This document shows, one piece after another, positions 37,262 to 47,567 of a stretch of DNA of 64,000 nucleotides. The translations under genes were made by a program, and so were the position numbers. Position 1 is the stretch's first letter. The number at the start of each line of letters is the position of its first letter. The notes beneath the pieces are model-generated. The model was given only the letters and a program-made list of their open reading frames with translations, made no database searches and had not been told where the DNA came from. This DNA comes from Thermodesulfobacteriota bacterium (GTDB lineage Bacteria; Desulfobacterota; Desulfobacteria; Desulfobacterales; SURF-7), in the NCBI GenBank assembly GCA_049320885.1, contig JBMORA010000022.1:32001-96000 (forward strand), read 5' to 3'.

Positions 37262-37849
37262 ATGAACATCCTGTCGATATACGGAAGTCCCCGAAGAAAC
37301 GGCAATACTTCGACCCTGCTGGCGGAAGCGGTTCGGGGGGCGAGGCAAAAAGGAGCCCGGGTGGATGAAATCGTCCTGCGGGATTTGAAAATGTCGCCCT
37401 GTCTCGAAATCTATGGATGCATGAAGACCGGTCGTTGCGTCATGCAGGACGATTTCCAGCAGATATATGACCGGCTGCTTGCCTGTGACGGGCTGATGCT
37501 GGCGTCGCCCATCTTTTTCTATTCCGTCAGCGCCCATACCAAAATACTCATGGATCGCTGCCAGTCCCTGTGGGTGAAAAAATACTGGATGGAAAAAACG
37601 TCGAATCAGCAGCAAGCCGAAAGAAGGCGTCCCGGCTTGTTCATTTCCGTCGGCGCCACCAAAGGGAAAAAATTGTTCGACGGCACCTTGCTGAGTCTCC
37701 GTTATTTTTTTGACGTTTTGGATATGGATGTCTGGAAAACCCTATTATACCGGGGGCTTGATTTGGCAGAAGAGGTTCATGGCCATCCGGAGTATCTTCA
37801 AGAAGCCTACGACGCCGGGGCCGCGATGGCGGATGCCATCTTGATATGA
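37262..37849 (+). CDS. flavodoxin-family / iron-sulfur flavoprotein-like FMN reductase
   Basis: GSPRRNGNT, PCLEIYGCMKTGRC, ASPIFFYSVS, MDRCQ. Confidence 0.85.
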   Translation: MNILSIYGSPRRNGNTSTLLAEAVRGARQKGARVDEIVLRDLKMSPCLEIYGCMKTGRCVMQDDFQQIYDRLLACDGLMLASPIFFYSVSAHTKILMDRCQSLWVKKYWMEKTSNQQQAERRRPGLFISVGATKGKKLFDGTLLSLRYFFDVLDMDVWKTLLYRGLDLAEEVHGHPEYLQEAYDAGAAMADAILI

Positions 37850-37871
37850 GTCGGAGAGGAGTTGAGGAAAT

Positions 37872-38267
37872 ATGGACCGGGTGGATTATCATGCCGTATT
37901 CAATCCTGGGCAGTTGAGCGACCTGTTTCCGCGCCAGCGGACCGACCGGTTTTTTGAGGCGCTTTACGGCGACGCCGGGGAGGGCGCCTATGACATCGTC
38001 CTGGTTTTCCGGGAATTCAACCAGGGCCGGCTCCATTTCGAATTCCATCTGAAACGGCGCGGTGGAAAATGTCTGGCCTGCAACCTGACATACGGGCTGC
38101 CGGCTGTTTTCCTGCGTCATCCGGTCATCGATCTGAAAGGATTGGTCAATGACATCTGCAAGCTGGCGGACGCTAACGGACATTGCGCCGACTTCCAGCT
38201 TGGAGCGACACGGGAGGTTTCCCCCAGTCTCCATATCGTACCCCTGAGCATCCAAATCGCTTCCTGA
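37872..38267 (+). CDS. conserved hypothetical protein with CxxC
   Basis: FFEALYGDAGEGAYDI, GKCLACNLTYGLP, RHPVID; GAGG RBS; follows the flavoprotein gene. Confidence 0.75.
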   Translation: MDRVDYHAVFNPGQLSDLFPRQRTDRFFEALYGDAGEGAYDIVLVFREFNQGRLHFEFHLKRRGGKCLACNLTYGLPAVFLRHPVIDLKGLVNDICKLADANGHCADFQLGATREVSPSLHIVPLSIQIAS

Positions 38268-38394
38268 TTTTCCTCCGCCACCGCCTTTTCCCTCTTTGCA
38301 TTCGTTTTTAAAGCGTTTTTCCGCGTTTTTCCGTATGGACAAATGCTTTCCCATGGTAAGCAACCCCAGCAAAATCGATCAATTATCGATCAAC

Positions 38395-38420
38395 CCACTT
38401 TAAACCACCTTCGCCACTTT
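38395..38420 (-). promoter_or_regulatory. upstream inverted array of MraZ-box-like GTGG repeats
   Basis: CCAC at 38395, 38405 and 38414. Confidence 0.45.
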
Positions 38421-38474
38421 ATATTTAACTTTTACGAATCATTAAAAATTATTTCTAAAAAAATATTTTTTTCC

Positions 38475-38540
38475 TTGACACATTCCTAAAATAATGTTGT
38501 TTTATGCCATAAAGTGGAATTAAGTGGTAGATTATGGTGA
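38475..38540 (+). promoter_or_regulatory. dcw promoter with MraZ boxes
   Basis: TTGACA 38475-38480; AAAGTGGAAT TAAGTGGTAG ATTATGGTGA, 10-bp period, 38511-38540. Confidence 0.7.
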
Positions 38541-38543
38541 ACC

Positions 38544-38990
38544 ATGTTTCGCGGCAGTTCCTTTCATAATCTCGATCCCAAGGGGCGTTTTGTGATCCCG
38601 TCCCGCTTCCGTGATGTGATCCGTAACGGCGGCGCGGATGGGGTGATGATGACCCGGATGGATGCGAGTTTGTTCGCCTATCCCTTTGAAGAATGGAAAA
38701 AGATCGAGGCGAAGGTGCTGTCGCTTACCGAAAAAAGCGACACCATGCGCCGGTTCCGGCGGATTTTTCTAGGGGGTGCCTCGGATTGTTATTGCGACAA
38801 GCAAGGACGTATCCTGGTGCCGCCGGCGTTGCGGCAATATGCGGCCCTGGACAAGGAAATCGTTTTGGTGGGGGTTTTGGATCATTTTGAAATCTGGTCC
38901 CGCGAGCGCTGGGATAAAGAAAATCTGCAAATGGAAGAAGACATGATCAAAGAGGAGGTCAGAAACGAAATCGCCAAGTTAGGGTTATAG
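38544..38990 (+). CDS. mraZ: dcw transcriptional regulator MraZ
   Basis: MFRG, DPKGR, DKQGR, GVLDHFEIW. Confidence 0.97.
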   Translation: MFRGSSFHNLDPKGRFVIPSRFRDVIRNGGADGVMMTRMDASLFAYPFEEWKKIEAKVLSLTEKSDTMRRFRRIFLGGASDCYCDKQGRILVPPALRQYAALDKEIVLVGVLDHFEIWSRERWDKENLQMEEDMIKEEVRNEIAKLGL

Positions 38991-38993
38991 GTC

Positions 38994-39947
38994 ATGCCGT
39001 ATCAACATGTATCGGTGATGCCGGGGGAAACGATCGACCTGCTGAACTGCAGGCCGGGGAAGGTCTATGTGGACGGGACCATCGGCGGTGCCGGGCATGC
39101 CCGATTGATCCTTGAAAGAATCGTTCCGGGCGGGCTGTTGATCGGCATGGATCAAGATGCGGAAGCAATTGAAAATGCACAGGTTGTTCTGGGTTCCTAC
39201 GCGGAGAATCTGCGTTTGTTCCAGGGCAATTTCGTCACCCTGCCCACTGTTCTGTCGCAACTGAATCTGGCGGCAGTGGACGGGATCCTCCTTGATGTAG
39301 GTCTTTCTCTCCATCAGCTCGAAAAAAGCGGTCGTGGTTTCAGTTTCCGGAAGGATGAGCCTCTGGACATGCGCATGGATTGCCGGTCCGGCGTCCGTGC
39401 GGCGGATTTGATCAATTCCATGCCGGAATCCGATCTGGTGATGATCCTCAGGGCCTACGGCGAAGAGCCGCGGGCTTCCCGGATTGCGCGTCGGATTGTC
39501 GCGGAGCGCGACAGGCAACCCATCCGGTCCAGCAAGATGCTGGCGGACATCATCTGTCGGGCCCTGCCTCCCAAGGAGCGGCATGGACGGAAGACTCATC
39601 CGGCCACTCGTTCCTTCATGGCCCTGCGGATCGCCGTGAACAAGGAACTGGAGCGCCTGGATGAATTTCTGGCCGACGTTCCCCGAATGCTGAACCCCGC
39701 GGGGAGAATATGTGTGCTGACATTTCATTCCCTTGAGGATCGGATTGTGAAGAATCGGTTCAAGGGATTTTCGAATCCCTGTGGTTGTCCCAAGGAGTTG
39801 CCCAGGTGCATATGCGGTCGGAAGCCGCTGTTGCAAATCGTCACCCGCAGGGCCTTGATTCCATCGGCGGCGGAAATCGCGGCCAACCCTTTATCCCGCA
39901 GCGCCAAACTGAGGGCGGCTGAAAAATGCGGGGAGCAAGGTTGTTGA
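38994..39947 (+). CDS. rsmH: 16S rRNA m4C1402 methyltransferase
   Basis: VDGTIGGAGH, RGFSF, PLDMRM, ALRIAVN, FHSLEDRIVK, SRSAKLR. Confidence 0.97.
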   Translation: MPYQHVSVMPGETIDLLNCRPGKVYVDGTIGGAGHARLILERIVPGGLLIGMDQDAEAIENAQVVLGSYAENLRLFQGNFVTLPTVLSQLNLAAVDGILLDVGLSLHQLEKSGRGFSFRKDEPLDMRMDCRSGVRAADLINSMPESDLVMILRAYGEEPRASRIARRIVAERDRQPIRSSKMLADIICRALPPKERHGRKTHPATRSFMALRIAVNKELERLDEFLADVPRMLNPAGRICVLTFHSLEDRIVKNRFKGFSNPCGCPKELPRCICGRKPLLQIVTRRALIPSAAEIAANPLSRSAKLRAAEKCGEQGC

Positions 39948-39950
39948 CCG

Positions 39951-40247
39951 ATGCCCGCCAGGTATAACTCATATATTCGTCCAAGGAAGCAGGTATGGAC
40001 GTGGATTGCGCTGCTGCTGCTGCTGATCGTGGAGCTTTTCGGGTACACCTGGTGTCGGGTGCAGTGCATCGGTATCGGGTATGAAATTGCGGGGGAGACG
40101 CAGAATCATCAGAAGTTACTGAAATGGCAAAAGCATTTGATGGTGGAGCTGGCAAGGCTGAAATCCCCGGATCGGGTGGTGCGGATCGCCAAAACCAAGC
40201 TCAATCTGGTCATGCCTGATCCCAAACAGATTGTTGTCATTCAATGA
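39951..40247 (+). CDS. ftsL: cell division protein FtsL
   Basis: Single TM, coiled coil, LKSPDRVVRIA...LNLVMP; position between rsmH and ftsI. Confidence 0.85.
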   Translation: MPARYNSYIRPRKQVWTWIALLLLLIVELFGYTWCRVQCIGIGYEIAGETQNHQKLLKWQKHLMVELARLKSPDRVVRIAKTKLNLVMPDPKQIVVIQ

Positions 40248-42028
40248 AGCGAATGAAGCAAAAACACACGCGGGACAAACGGGAAAAGAAACCGCCGGGA
40301 CACAGATGGCGCATGATTCTGGTGGGGGTTTTCCTGACGCTTTTGTACGGAGGCGTGGGCGCCAGGGCCGTATTCCTGCATGTGGTCCAGGGGCCCTGGT
40401 GGTCCCAGAAGGCCGCCAGACAATATCAACGGGCAAAAGTGACCCACGGCAAGCGCGGGACGATTTATGACACCCGCATGCGGGAAATGGCGGTCAGCAT
40501 CGATACGACCTCCATCGCCGCTTTTCCGGGTTCGGTGGTCAATCCCCAGGCCACGGCCATGGCGCTTTCCAAGGTTTTGAAGCTCAATCCGGCCAGCCTG
40601 AAGCGGAAGCTGACCGCGAAAGGGCCCTTTGTTTGGATCAAGCGGGATGTTGCGCCCAAGGACGTGGCGGCGGTCAAGGCCTTGTCCCTGGCCGGGATTG
40701 AATTTCTTCCGGAACACGCGCGGGTGTATCCGAATCGCACCCTGGCCGCGCAATTGATCGGCTTTTCGGGCATCGACGGTGTGGGGCTCGAGGGGCTTGA
40801 ATTTTTTTATAACGATCATTTGAAGGGGAATAAAGTCAAGCAGATCGTGATGACGGATGCCTTGGGCCGCGGCTTCGACGCAGAAAAACAGATCATGGCC
40901 AACTATTCGGGCGGAAATCTGATCCTCACCGTGGATCGCAATGTCCAATATATTGCGGAAACCGCCCTGGCCGAGGCCGCCACAACCAACCGCGCCCGGT
41001 CCGGTATCGCCGTGGTCATGTTGCCGAAAACCGGGGCCATCCTGGCCATGGCGCATTATCCGTTTTTCAACCCGAATTCCTTTGAGGATTACAAACGGGA
41101 CCAGTGGCGGAACCGGGCCATCACCGACCCGTTCGAACCCGGTTCGACCATGAAAATTTTCATGGCGGCCGGAGCCATTGACGCCGGCATTTGTACTCCG
41201 AATACGATTTTTTATTGCGAGGACGGGCGGTATCGCATCGGCCGCAACACCATTCATGACACCCATCCGCACGAATGGTTGACTCTGCTGGAAATCGTTA
41301 AATATTCCAGCAATATCGGAACAGTCAAAGTGGCCGAAGCCATCGGCAGGGACCTCCTGCACGCCAACCTGAAAGCCTTTGGATTCGGTGAGAAAACTGG
41401 AATCGACTGCCCGGGGGAAACCCCCGGTCTGTTGTCTTCCCCATCGCGGTGGACCCGGATCGATATGGCGGCGATTTCCTTCGGGCAAGGCGTATCCGTA
41501 TCGGCGGTCCAACTGGTCGCGGCCACCGCGGCCATTGCCAACGACGGTGTGTTGATGGCACCGCGGATCGTAAAGGCGTTGACGGACAACAACGGAAGGC
41601 TGATTCAATCCTTCGAGCCCCGGAAGGTCAGGGATGTGATTTCCCCGGTGTCGGCCCGGACCATCCGGTCCATCATGAACAGCGTCACCACGGAAGGCGG
41701 AACCGGCGTCAATGCGGCCATCGACGGGTATTCCGTTTGTGGCAAGACCGGGACGGCCCAGAAAATCGATGAGTCCGGAAGATACGCCAGGGGCAAATAC
41801 ATTTCCTCGTTTATCGGATTCGCTCCGTGTGAAAGTCCGGAAATCGTCGTGCTGGTGATACTGGACGAACCCAGGGAAAAGCATTACGGCGGCCTGGTGG
41901 CCGCGCCGGCTTTCAGCAGGATCGTGCGGGAAACATTGAACTATATGAACATTACACCGGAGGAAAACCTCCAGCCCGACTGGAATCGAAAAATGACGCT
42001 GGCCAAGGTGACGGATACCAAGAAATGA
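40244..42028 (+). CDS. ftsI: septal transpeptidase PBP3
   Basis: RGTIYD, EPGSTMK (SxxK), SSN, GKTGTAQ. Confidence 0.95.
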   Translation: MKRMKQKHTRDKREKKPPGHRWRMILVGVFLTLLYGGVGARAVFLHVVQGPWWSQKAARQYQRAKVTHGKRGTIYDTRMREMAVSIDTTSIAAFPGSVVNPQATAMALSKVLKLNPASLKRKLTAKGPFVWIKRDVAPKDVAAVKALSLAGIEFLPEHARVYPNRTLAAQLIGFSGIDGVGLEGLEFFYNDHLKGNKVKQIVMTDALGRGFDAEKQIMANYSGGNLILTVDRNVQYIAETALAEAATTNRARSGIAVVMLPKTGAILAMAHYPFFNPNSFEDYKRDQWRNRAITDPFEPGSTMKIFMAAGAIDAGICTPNTIFYCEDGRYRIGRNTIHDTHPHEWLTLLEIVKYSSNIGTVKVAEAIGRDLLHANLKAFGFGEKTGIDCPGETPGLLSSPSRWTRIDMAAISFGQGVSVSAVQLVAATAAIANDGVLMAPRIVKALTDNNGRLIQSFEPRKVRDVISPVSARTIRSIMNSVTTEGGTGVNAAIDGYSVCGKTGTAQKIDESGRYARGKYISSFIGFAPCESPEIVVLVILDEPREKHYGGLVAAPAFSRIVRETLNYMNITPEENLQPDWNRKMTLAKVTDTKK

Positions 42029-43581
42029 AACTGTCCCAGCTCACGGAAGAATTGTCGCCCAAAAAAATGATTCCGCCGGTCTCCGGCCACGGGGTGGTTT
42101 CCATGGATCCGGAAATCGAATCCATTCACTACCGCTCCAGCGAAGTCAGGCCGGGGGGCCTGTTTGTCGCGGTCCGGGGATTTGCCACCGACGGTCATGG
42201 GTACATTGAGGAGGCCATCAGCCGGGGGGCTGTCGCGATTGTGGCGGAGAGGCCCCTCGCGCTTCCCGTTGTGCTGGTGGAAGTGCCCAATTCCAGAAAG
42301 GCGCTGGCCGTCGTGGCGGATCGATATTACCAACGCCCTTCCGAAAAGCTGGTGGTGATCGCCGTAACCGGAACCAATGGCAAGACCACTACGGCATCCT
42401 TGATTGAGAGCATATTGCGGCAGGTCGGTTTCGAAACCGGCCTGATCAGCACGGTTTTTTGCCGTTATGCCGGCAAAACCCATGACAACCCCATGACAAC
42501 ACCGGAATCACTGGATCTGCAGTCCATTTTGGCGCGGATGCTGGCCAGCGGCGTCACCCATGTGGTCATGGAAGCATCTTCCCATGCCATTGATCTGTTT
42601 CGGATCCAGAATTGTCGTCTGGATGTGGCGGTATTCACCAATTTAAGCCAGGATCATCTCGATTTTCATGGCAACATGCAGGCGTATTGGCAGGCCAAGA
42701 AGCGATTGTTCACGGATTATCTGCCGGCAGGCGCTAAAGGGAACCGGGCAACGGCGGTCATCAACTGCAGCAGTGAAAAAGGCCGGGAGCTGTTCGCCCT
42801 GCTTTCCGGAAATGCCGGCGCGCCTCAGATCCTGGGAGTGGGGGGCGATCCGGGCCTCGATCTGCGGCCGCTTCATGCCGAGATCGGACTCGGGGGCATT
42901 TCCGGCACAATGGAAACACCGTCGGGGACCTTTGCATTTCATTCTCCCTTGGCGGGCGGCTACAATCTGGAAAACATCCTCTGCGCCGCCGGAGCGGGAT
43001 TCGCCTTGCATATCCCGCTGGAACGGATCCAGGCCGGTATCGAACGGTTCACTTCGGTGCCGGGAAGGCTGGAGGCGGTCCCTGATCGTTCCGGCCGCTT
43101 TGTTTTCATCGACTATGCGCATACGCCGGATGCGCTGGAAAATGTCCTGACCACGTTGCGGGCCGTTGCAACAGGACGGATCATTTGCATTTTCGGCTGT
43201 GGCGGGGACAGGGACAAAAGCAAACGCCCCCTGATGGGTAGAATCTCCATGGAGCATGCCGACTTGACCATTGTGACTTCTGATAATCCGCGCTCCGAGG
43301 AACCGCTGCGCATCATCGAGGATATCGTGAACGGCATTCGGCCGCTCGATCCTTATTCCTACGGCCCGGAAACACTTGAGAACGGTATTCCCCGCAGCGG
43401 TTTTCTGGTCGAACCGGATCGGCGGGAGGCCATCCGCAAAGGCATTCAGGCAGCTGTTCCCGGGGATACGGTATTGATCGCCGGCAAAGGGCATGAAAAA
43501 TATCAGATCGTGGGGAAACAGAAACTGCCTTTTGACGATTTTGCCATAGCTCAGCAGGTAATTGAGGTCGGTGATGCATAA
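42025..43581 (+). CDS. murE: UDP-MurNAc-tripeptide synthetase
   Basis: VTGTNGKTT, MEASSH, DYAHTPDAL, GCGGDRD, DNPR (meso-DAP type), AGKGHE. Confidence 0.97.
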   Translation: MKLSQLTEELSPKKMIPPVSGHGVVSMDPEIESIHYRSSEVRPGGLFVAVRGFATDGHGYIEEAISRGAVAIVAERPLALPVVLVEVPNSRKALAVVADRYYQRPSEKLVVIAVTGTNGKTTTASLIESILRQVGFETGLISTVFCRYAGKTHDNPMTTPESLDLQSILARMLASGVTHVVMEASSHAIDLFRIQNCRLDVAVFTNLSQDHLDFHGNMQAYWQAKKRLFTDYLPAGAKGNRATAVINCSSEKGRELFALLSGNAGAPQILGVGGDPGLDLRPLHAEIGLGGISGTMETPSGTFAFHSPLAGGYNLENILCAAGAGFALHIPLERIQAGIERFTSVPGRLEAVPDRSGRFVFIDYAHTPDALENVLTTLRAVATGRIICIFGCGGDRDKSKRPLMGRISMEHADLTIVTSDNPRSEEPLRIIEDIVNGIRPLDPYSYGPETLENGIPRSGFLVEPDRREAIRKGIQAAVPGDTVLIAGKGHEKYQIVGKQKLPFDDFAIAQQVIEVGDA

Positions 43582-44983
43582 ACCCATTCCATGGACCGTG
43601 GAGGATGTACTGGAGGCCACCGGAGGCCGGCTGGTATCAGGGGATCGTTCCTGCTTTTTCGAAGGGATTTCCATTGATTCCCGAACGCTTGCCGCTAACG
43701 ATCTGTTTGTGGCGATCCGCGGCCAGAAACATGACGGCCACCAGTTTATTGAAAATGTCGTCGCCGCTGGTTGCCGCGGTATCATTGTGGAAAAGACGGC
43801 GGTGGAAAAACTGTCGCTGCCGCTTGACATGCGGCGGAACGGCATGTTCGTGGCGGTGACGGATACAACCCAGGCCCTGGCCGATCTGGCCGCCTACCAG
43901 CGCCGGCGATCCCAGGCGGCGGTTATCGGCATCACCGGCTCAAACGGCAAAACATCGACCAAGGAACTGACCATGGCCGTGTTCGGGCAGAAGTTTCCGA
44001 GTCTGGCCACGGCAGGCAATTTCAACAATGAAATCGGTCTGCCCTTGACGTTGCTGCGGCTGGGGTATCATCACCAGTGGGCCGTTCTGGAACTCGGTAT
44101 GAACCATCCGGGTGAAATCCGGGCATTGGCCCGGATTTGCAGTCCCGATATCGGTATCATCACCAATGTGGGCACCGCCCATCTCGAAGGCGTCGGATCC
44201 ATTGAGGGGGTGATGCAGGCCAAGGGCGAGCTGCTGGGGGAAATCAAGCGATCGGGTGTGGCGGTTCTGAACAGCGATGATCCCCGGGTGCGGCAATTGG
44301 CCGGCAGGGCGCATTCATCCGTGCTCCTCTATGGCACCGGCGATGAGGCGGACGTCCAAGGGCGTGATGTCCGTCAGGAAGGTCTGGGATATTCTTTTTC
44401 GTTGATGCTGCCGGATGGGGAAAGCACCGACATTCATCTGGCAAGCCCGGGCCGGTTCATGGTTTCAAACGCGCTGGCGGCCGCAACCGCGGGGTATGCG
44501 GCCGGGATCGATGCGGGAACCATCCGCAAGGGGCTGGAAAATTGTAAACCGGTCAAGGGGCGGCTGGGGCTGCTGCGAAGCACAAAAGGATTTAATATCA
44601 TTGATGATACATATAATGCAAATCCGGATTCGATGAAACAGGCCATCGCCACGCTGGCTGCCCTGAAAAAGGACCGGCGGGCGTTCCTGGCGCTCGGGGA
44701 TATGTATGAATTGGGTACGCAGGCGGCGGAATTGCACAAGACCGTCGGGGAATTTGCCGCCCGTTCCGGCATCGATCGACTGTATGTTATCGGAAATTTC
44801 GCGGAATATGTGGTCCAGGGGGCCTTGGAGGCCGGCATGGCGGCCGGGCGGATCCGCAGTGGCGATCCAGAGAGCCTGATCGAGGAAATGCGACGGGAAC
44901 TTCAACAGGATGAATGGGTTCTGGTGAAAGGCTCCCGGGCCATGAAAATGGAGACGGTGGTGCAGGGGTTGATGGCTTCCTGA
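43574..44983 (+). CDS. murF: UDP-MurNAc-pentapeptide synthetase
   Basis: IDSR, ITGSNGKT, NNEIGLP, ELGMNHPGEI, DDTYNANP, VKGSR. Confidence 0.97.
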   Translation: MHKPIPWTVEDVLEATGGRLVSGDRSCFFEGISIDSRTLAANDLFVAIRGQKHDGHQFIENVVAAGCRGIIVEKTAVEKLSLPLDMRRNGMFVAVTDTTQALADLAAYQRRRSQAAVIGITGSNGKTSTKELTMAVFGQKFPSLATAGNFNNEIGLPLTLLRLGYHHQWAVLELGMNHPGEIRALARICSPDIGIITNVGTAHLEGVGSIEGVMQAKGELLGEIKRSGVAVLNSDDPRVRQLAGRAHSSVLLYGTGDEADVQGRDVRQEGLGYSFSLMLPDGESTDIHLASPGRFMVSNALAAATAGYAAGIDAGTIRKGLENCKPVKGRLGLLRSTKGFNIIDDTYNANPDSMKQAIATLAALKKDRRAFLALGDMYELGTQAAELHKTVGEFAARSGIDRLYVIGNFAEYVVQGALEAGMAAGRIRSGDPESLIEEMRRELQQDEWVLVKGSRAMKMETVVQGLMAS

Positions 44984-45010
44984 AAAAAAAAGCGTCTGGA
45001 TGTATTTTTT

Positions 45011-45057
45011 ATACAATATATAGTGGATTTTCGAATGACTTTCTACTATAGAGGGTT
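45011..45057. promoter_or_regulatory. tandem NrdR-box-like sites in the murF-mraY gap
   Basis: ATACAATATATAGTG (45011-45025), degenerate CTACTATAGAGGGTT 32 bp later. Confidence 0.4.
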
Positions 45058-45106
45058 CTGACGGAGCAAAACTGATGGAAAACACGCACCAAGGAACGGC
45101 CGGCAG

Positions 45107-46186
45107 ATGATTTACCATTTCTTATATCCGCTGCATACGGTTGTAACGGCATTCAATGTATTCCGTTATATCACTTTTCGAACGATCTATGCCAGTTTGA
45201 CCGCGTTCCTGATATGTTTTTTCCTCGGTCCCTGGGTGATCCGGACCCTTGCCAAGCTTCAGATCGGCCAGTATGTGCGCAAAGACGGCCCCCAATCGCA
45301 TTTCGACAAGGCCGGCACCCCCACCATGGGCGGCCTGCTGATCATGGCGGCGGTTATCGCCGCCACCCTGTTATGGACGGATCTGGGAAATTTCTACATC
45401 TGGATCATCCTGCTGATTTCCGTGGGATTTACCGCCATTGGTTTCATGGACGATTATCTGATGCAGATCAAGAAACAAAGCAAGGGGTTGAGCGCGCGGG
45501 GCAAATTCTACCTGCAGGTGGTGGTTGCGCTGGCCTGTGCCGTTCTGCTGCAGTTCAACCCGGAATTCAACACCCGCGTCACCGTGCCGTTTTTCAAAAC
45601 CATATCCCCGGATCTGGGCTATGGATATATCCTGTTTGCCGTTTTCGTGATCGTCGGCACTTCCAATGCCGTCAACCTCACCGATGGATTGGACGGCCTG
45701 GCCATCGGCCCGGTCTTGATTTCAGCGGTCACCTATATGGTATTCGCTTACCTGGCGGGACACGCCAGGATGGCAACTTATCTCCAGATCCCCCATGTTC
45801 CCGGCTCCGGCGAAATCACGGTATTTTGCGGCGCGCTTGCCGGGGCAGCCCTGGGATTTTTGTGGTTCAATACCTATCCGGCGCAGATTTTCATGGGCGA
45901 CGTCGGTTCCCTGCCCTTGGGAGCCATCCTGGGAACGGTCGCGGTCATCACCAAACAGGAAATATTGCTGGTCATTGTCGGCGGACTTTTCGTGGTGGAG
46001 GCGCTTTCGGTTATTTTTCAGGTCGGTTTTTTCAAGATGACCAACGGCCGGCGAATCTTCCGGATGGCGCCGCTGCATCATCATTTTGAATTGAAAGGCT
46101 GGCCGGAACCGAAAGTCATCGTCCGGTTTTGGATCATCGCCATCGCCCTGGCGTTGATCTCCATGAGCACCCTGAAATTGCGGTAA
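45107..46186 (+). CDS. mraY: phospho-MurNAc-pentapeptide transferase
   Basis: [35 protein letters not shown]. Confidence 0.98.
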   Translation: MIYHFLYPLHTVVTAFNVFRYITFRTIYASLTAFLICFFLGPWVIRTLAKLQIGQYVRKDGPQSHFDKAGTPTMGGLLIMAAVIAATLLWTDLGNFYIWIILLISVGFTAIGFMDDYLMQIKKQSKGLSARGKFYLQVVVALACAVLLQFNPEFNTRVTVPFFKTISPDLGYGYILFAVFVIVGTSNAVNLTDGLDGLAIGPVLISAVTYMVFAYLAGHARMATYLQIPHVPGSGEITVFCGALAGAALGFLWFNTYPAQIFMGDVGSLPLGAILGTVAVITKQEILLVIVGGLFVVEALSVIFQVGFFKMTNGRRIFRMAPLHHHFELKGWPEPKVIVRFWIIAIALALISMSTLKLR

Positions 46187-46193
46187 CGGCATC

Positions 46194-47567
46194 ATGACAG
46201 GGATGAAGGAATTGGCAGGCAGGAAGATCGTCATAGCGGGACTGGGCAAATCCGGTCAGGGGGCCGCCGTTTTCCTGAGCGGCCTCGGAGCTGATTTGAC
46301 GGTGACGGATATGGCTTCTTCCGACCAGCTGGCGAAAAGCCTGCAGCCGCTTCGCGCTGCCGGCATCCGGATGGAGTTGGGGGGGCATCGGACCGAAACA
46401 TTCACCGGAGCGGACCTGATTGTGTTGAGTCCCGGCGTTCCCCACACCATCGAGCCGGTTCGGGAGGCGCTGAAAAAAGGGATTCCGGTTTGGGGGGAGG
46501 TCGAACTGGCATCGCGGTTTATCGAGGAGCCGCTGGTGGCGATTACGGGCACCAACGGCAAAACCACCACGACGGAGCTGATCGGCGCCATGCTTTCCGC
46601 GTCCGGTTTGAAGCCGTTTGTGGGCGGCAATATCGGGACACCCCTGATCGAATATGTCATGAGAAAGGAAAAAGCCGACTTGGTGGTTGCCGAAATCAGC
46701 AGTTTTCAACTCGACACCATTGAGCGGTTTTCTCCGCGGGTGGCGGTATTGTTGAATGTTACGGCGGATCATCTGGATCGCTATGCCGGAATGGCGGAGT
46801 ACGCCGCCTCCAAGGCGCGGATTTTTGAAAATCAGCTGCCGACGGATACGGCTGTATTGAACGCGGGCGACGAATGGGTCCGGATGGTGACGAAGCCGAT
46901 AGCCTCCCGGAAAATGTATTTCGGCGGAGAGCCGCGGGGCGCCGACAATGCGCTGATAACGAAAGATAAAATCGTCATCGGGCTCCAGGGCGGCCAGTCC
47001 GGTTCCATTGACCTCGGCAGCGTTTCCCTGAAGGGGCGGCACAATCATGAAAACATCGCCGCCGCTGCTCTGGCTGCACTTGCGGCCGGCGGGAACATGG
47101 ACGGCATCCGGTCGGCCCTGAAGGAATACCGGGGGCTTGCCCACCGCCTGGAGCTGGTGGGCCGGAAAGCGGGCGTGGATTATTATGACGACTCCAAGGC
47201 CACCAATGTGGACGCGGTGGTGCGGGCGGTGGAGAGTTTCCGGGGTGATCTGATCCTCATCATGGGCGGCAGGGACAAGGGCGGCGAATATACGCCGCTG
47301 GAAGCCCCCGTGCGGGAAAAAGTCAAGCTCCTGATCGTCCTGGGGGAGGCGTCGGCGAAAATTCAATCGGCACTGGGACATCTGACCGATACCCGCAAGG
47401 TCGTTTCCATGGAAGAGGCGGTGGCCATGGCCCATGGCGCCGCCGGGCCGGGCGACACCGTGCTGCTGTCACCGGCATGTTCCAGTTTCGATATGTTTGA
47501 CAGCTACGCCCACCGGGGAGATGTTTTCCGTCGGGCGGTGGCGGGGATACAGGAGGTGGTTGCGTGA
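46194..47567 (+). CDS. murD: UDP-MurNAc-L-Ala:D-Glu ligase
   Basis: GLGKSG, ITGTNGKTT, EISSFQL, DHLDRY, DDSKATN, SPACSSFD. Confidence 0.97.
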   Translation: MTGMKELAGRKIVIAGLGKSGQGAAVFLSGLGADLTVTDMASSDQLAKSLQPLRAAGIRMELGGHRTETFTGADLIVLSPGVPHTIEPVREALKKGIPVWGEVELASRFIEEPLVAITGTNGKTTTTELIGAMLSASGLKPFVGGNIGTPLIEYVMRKEKADLVVAEISSFQLDTIERFSPRVAVLLNVTADHLDRYAGMAEYAASKARIFENQLPTDTAVLNAGDEWVRMVTKPIASRKMYFGGEPRGADNALITKDKIVIGLQGGQSGSIDLGSVSLKGRHNHENIAAAALAALAAGGNMDGIRSALKEYRGLAHRLELVGRKAGVDYYDDSKATNVDAVVRAVESFRGDLILIMGGRDKGGEYTPLEAPVREKVKLLIVLGEASAKIQSALGHLTDTRKVVSMEEAVAMAHGAAGPGDTVLLSPACSSFDMFDSYAHRGDVFRRAVAGIQEVVA

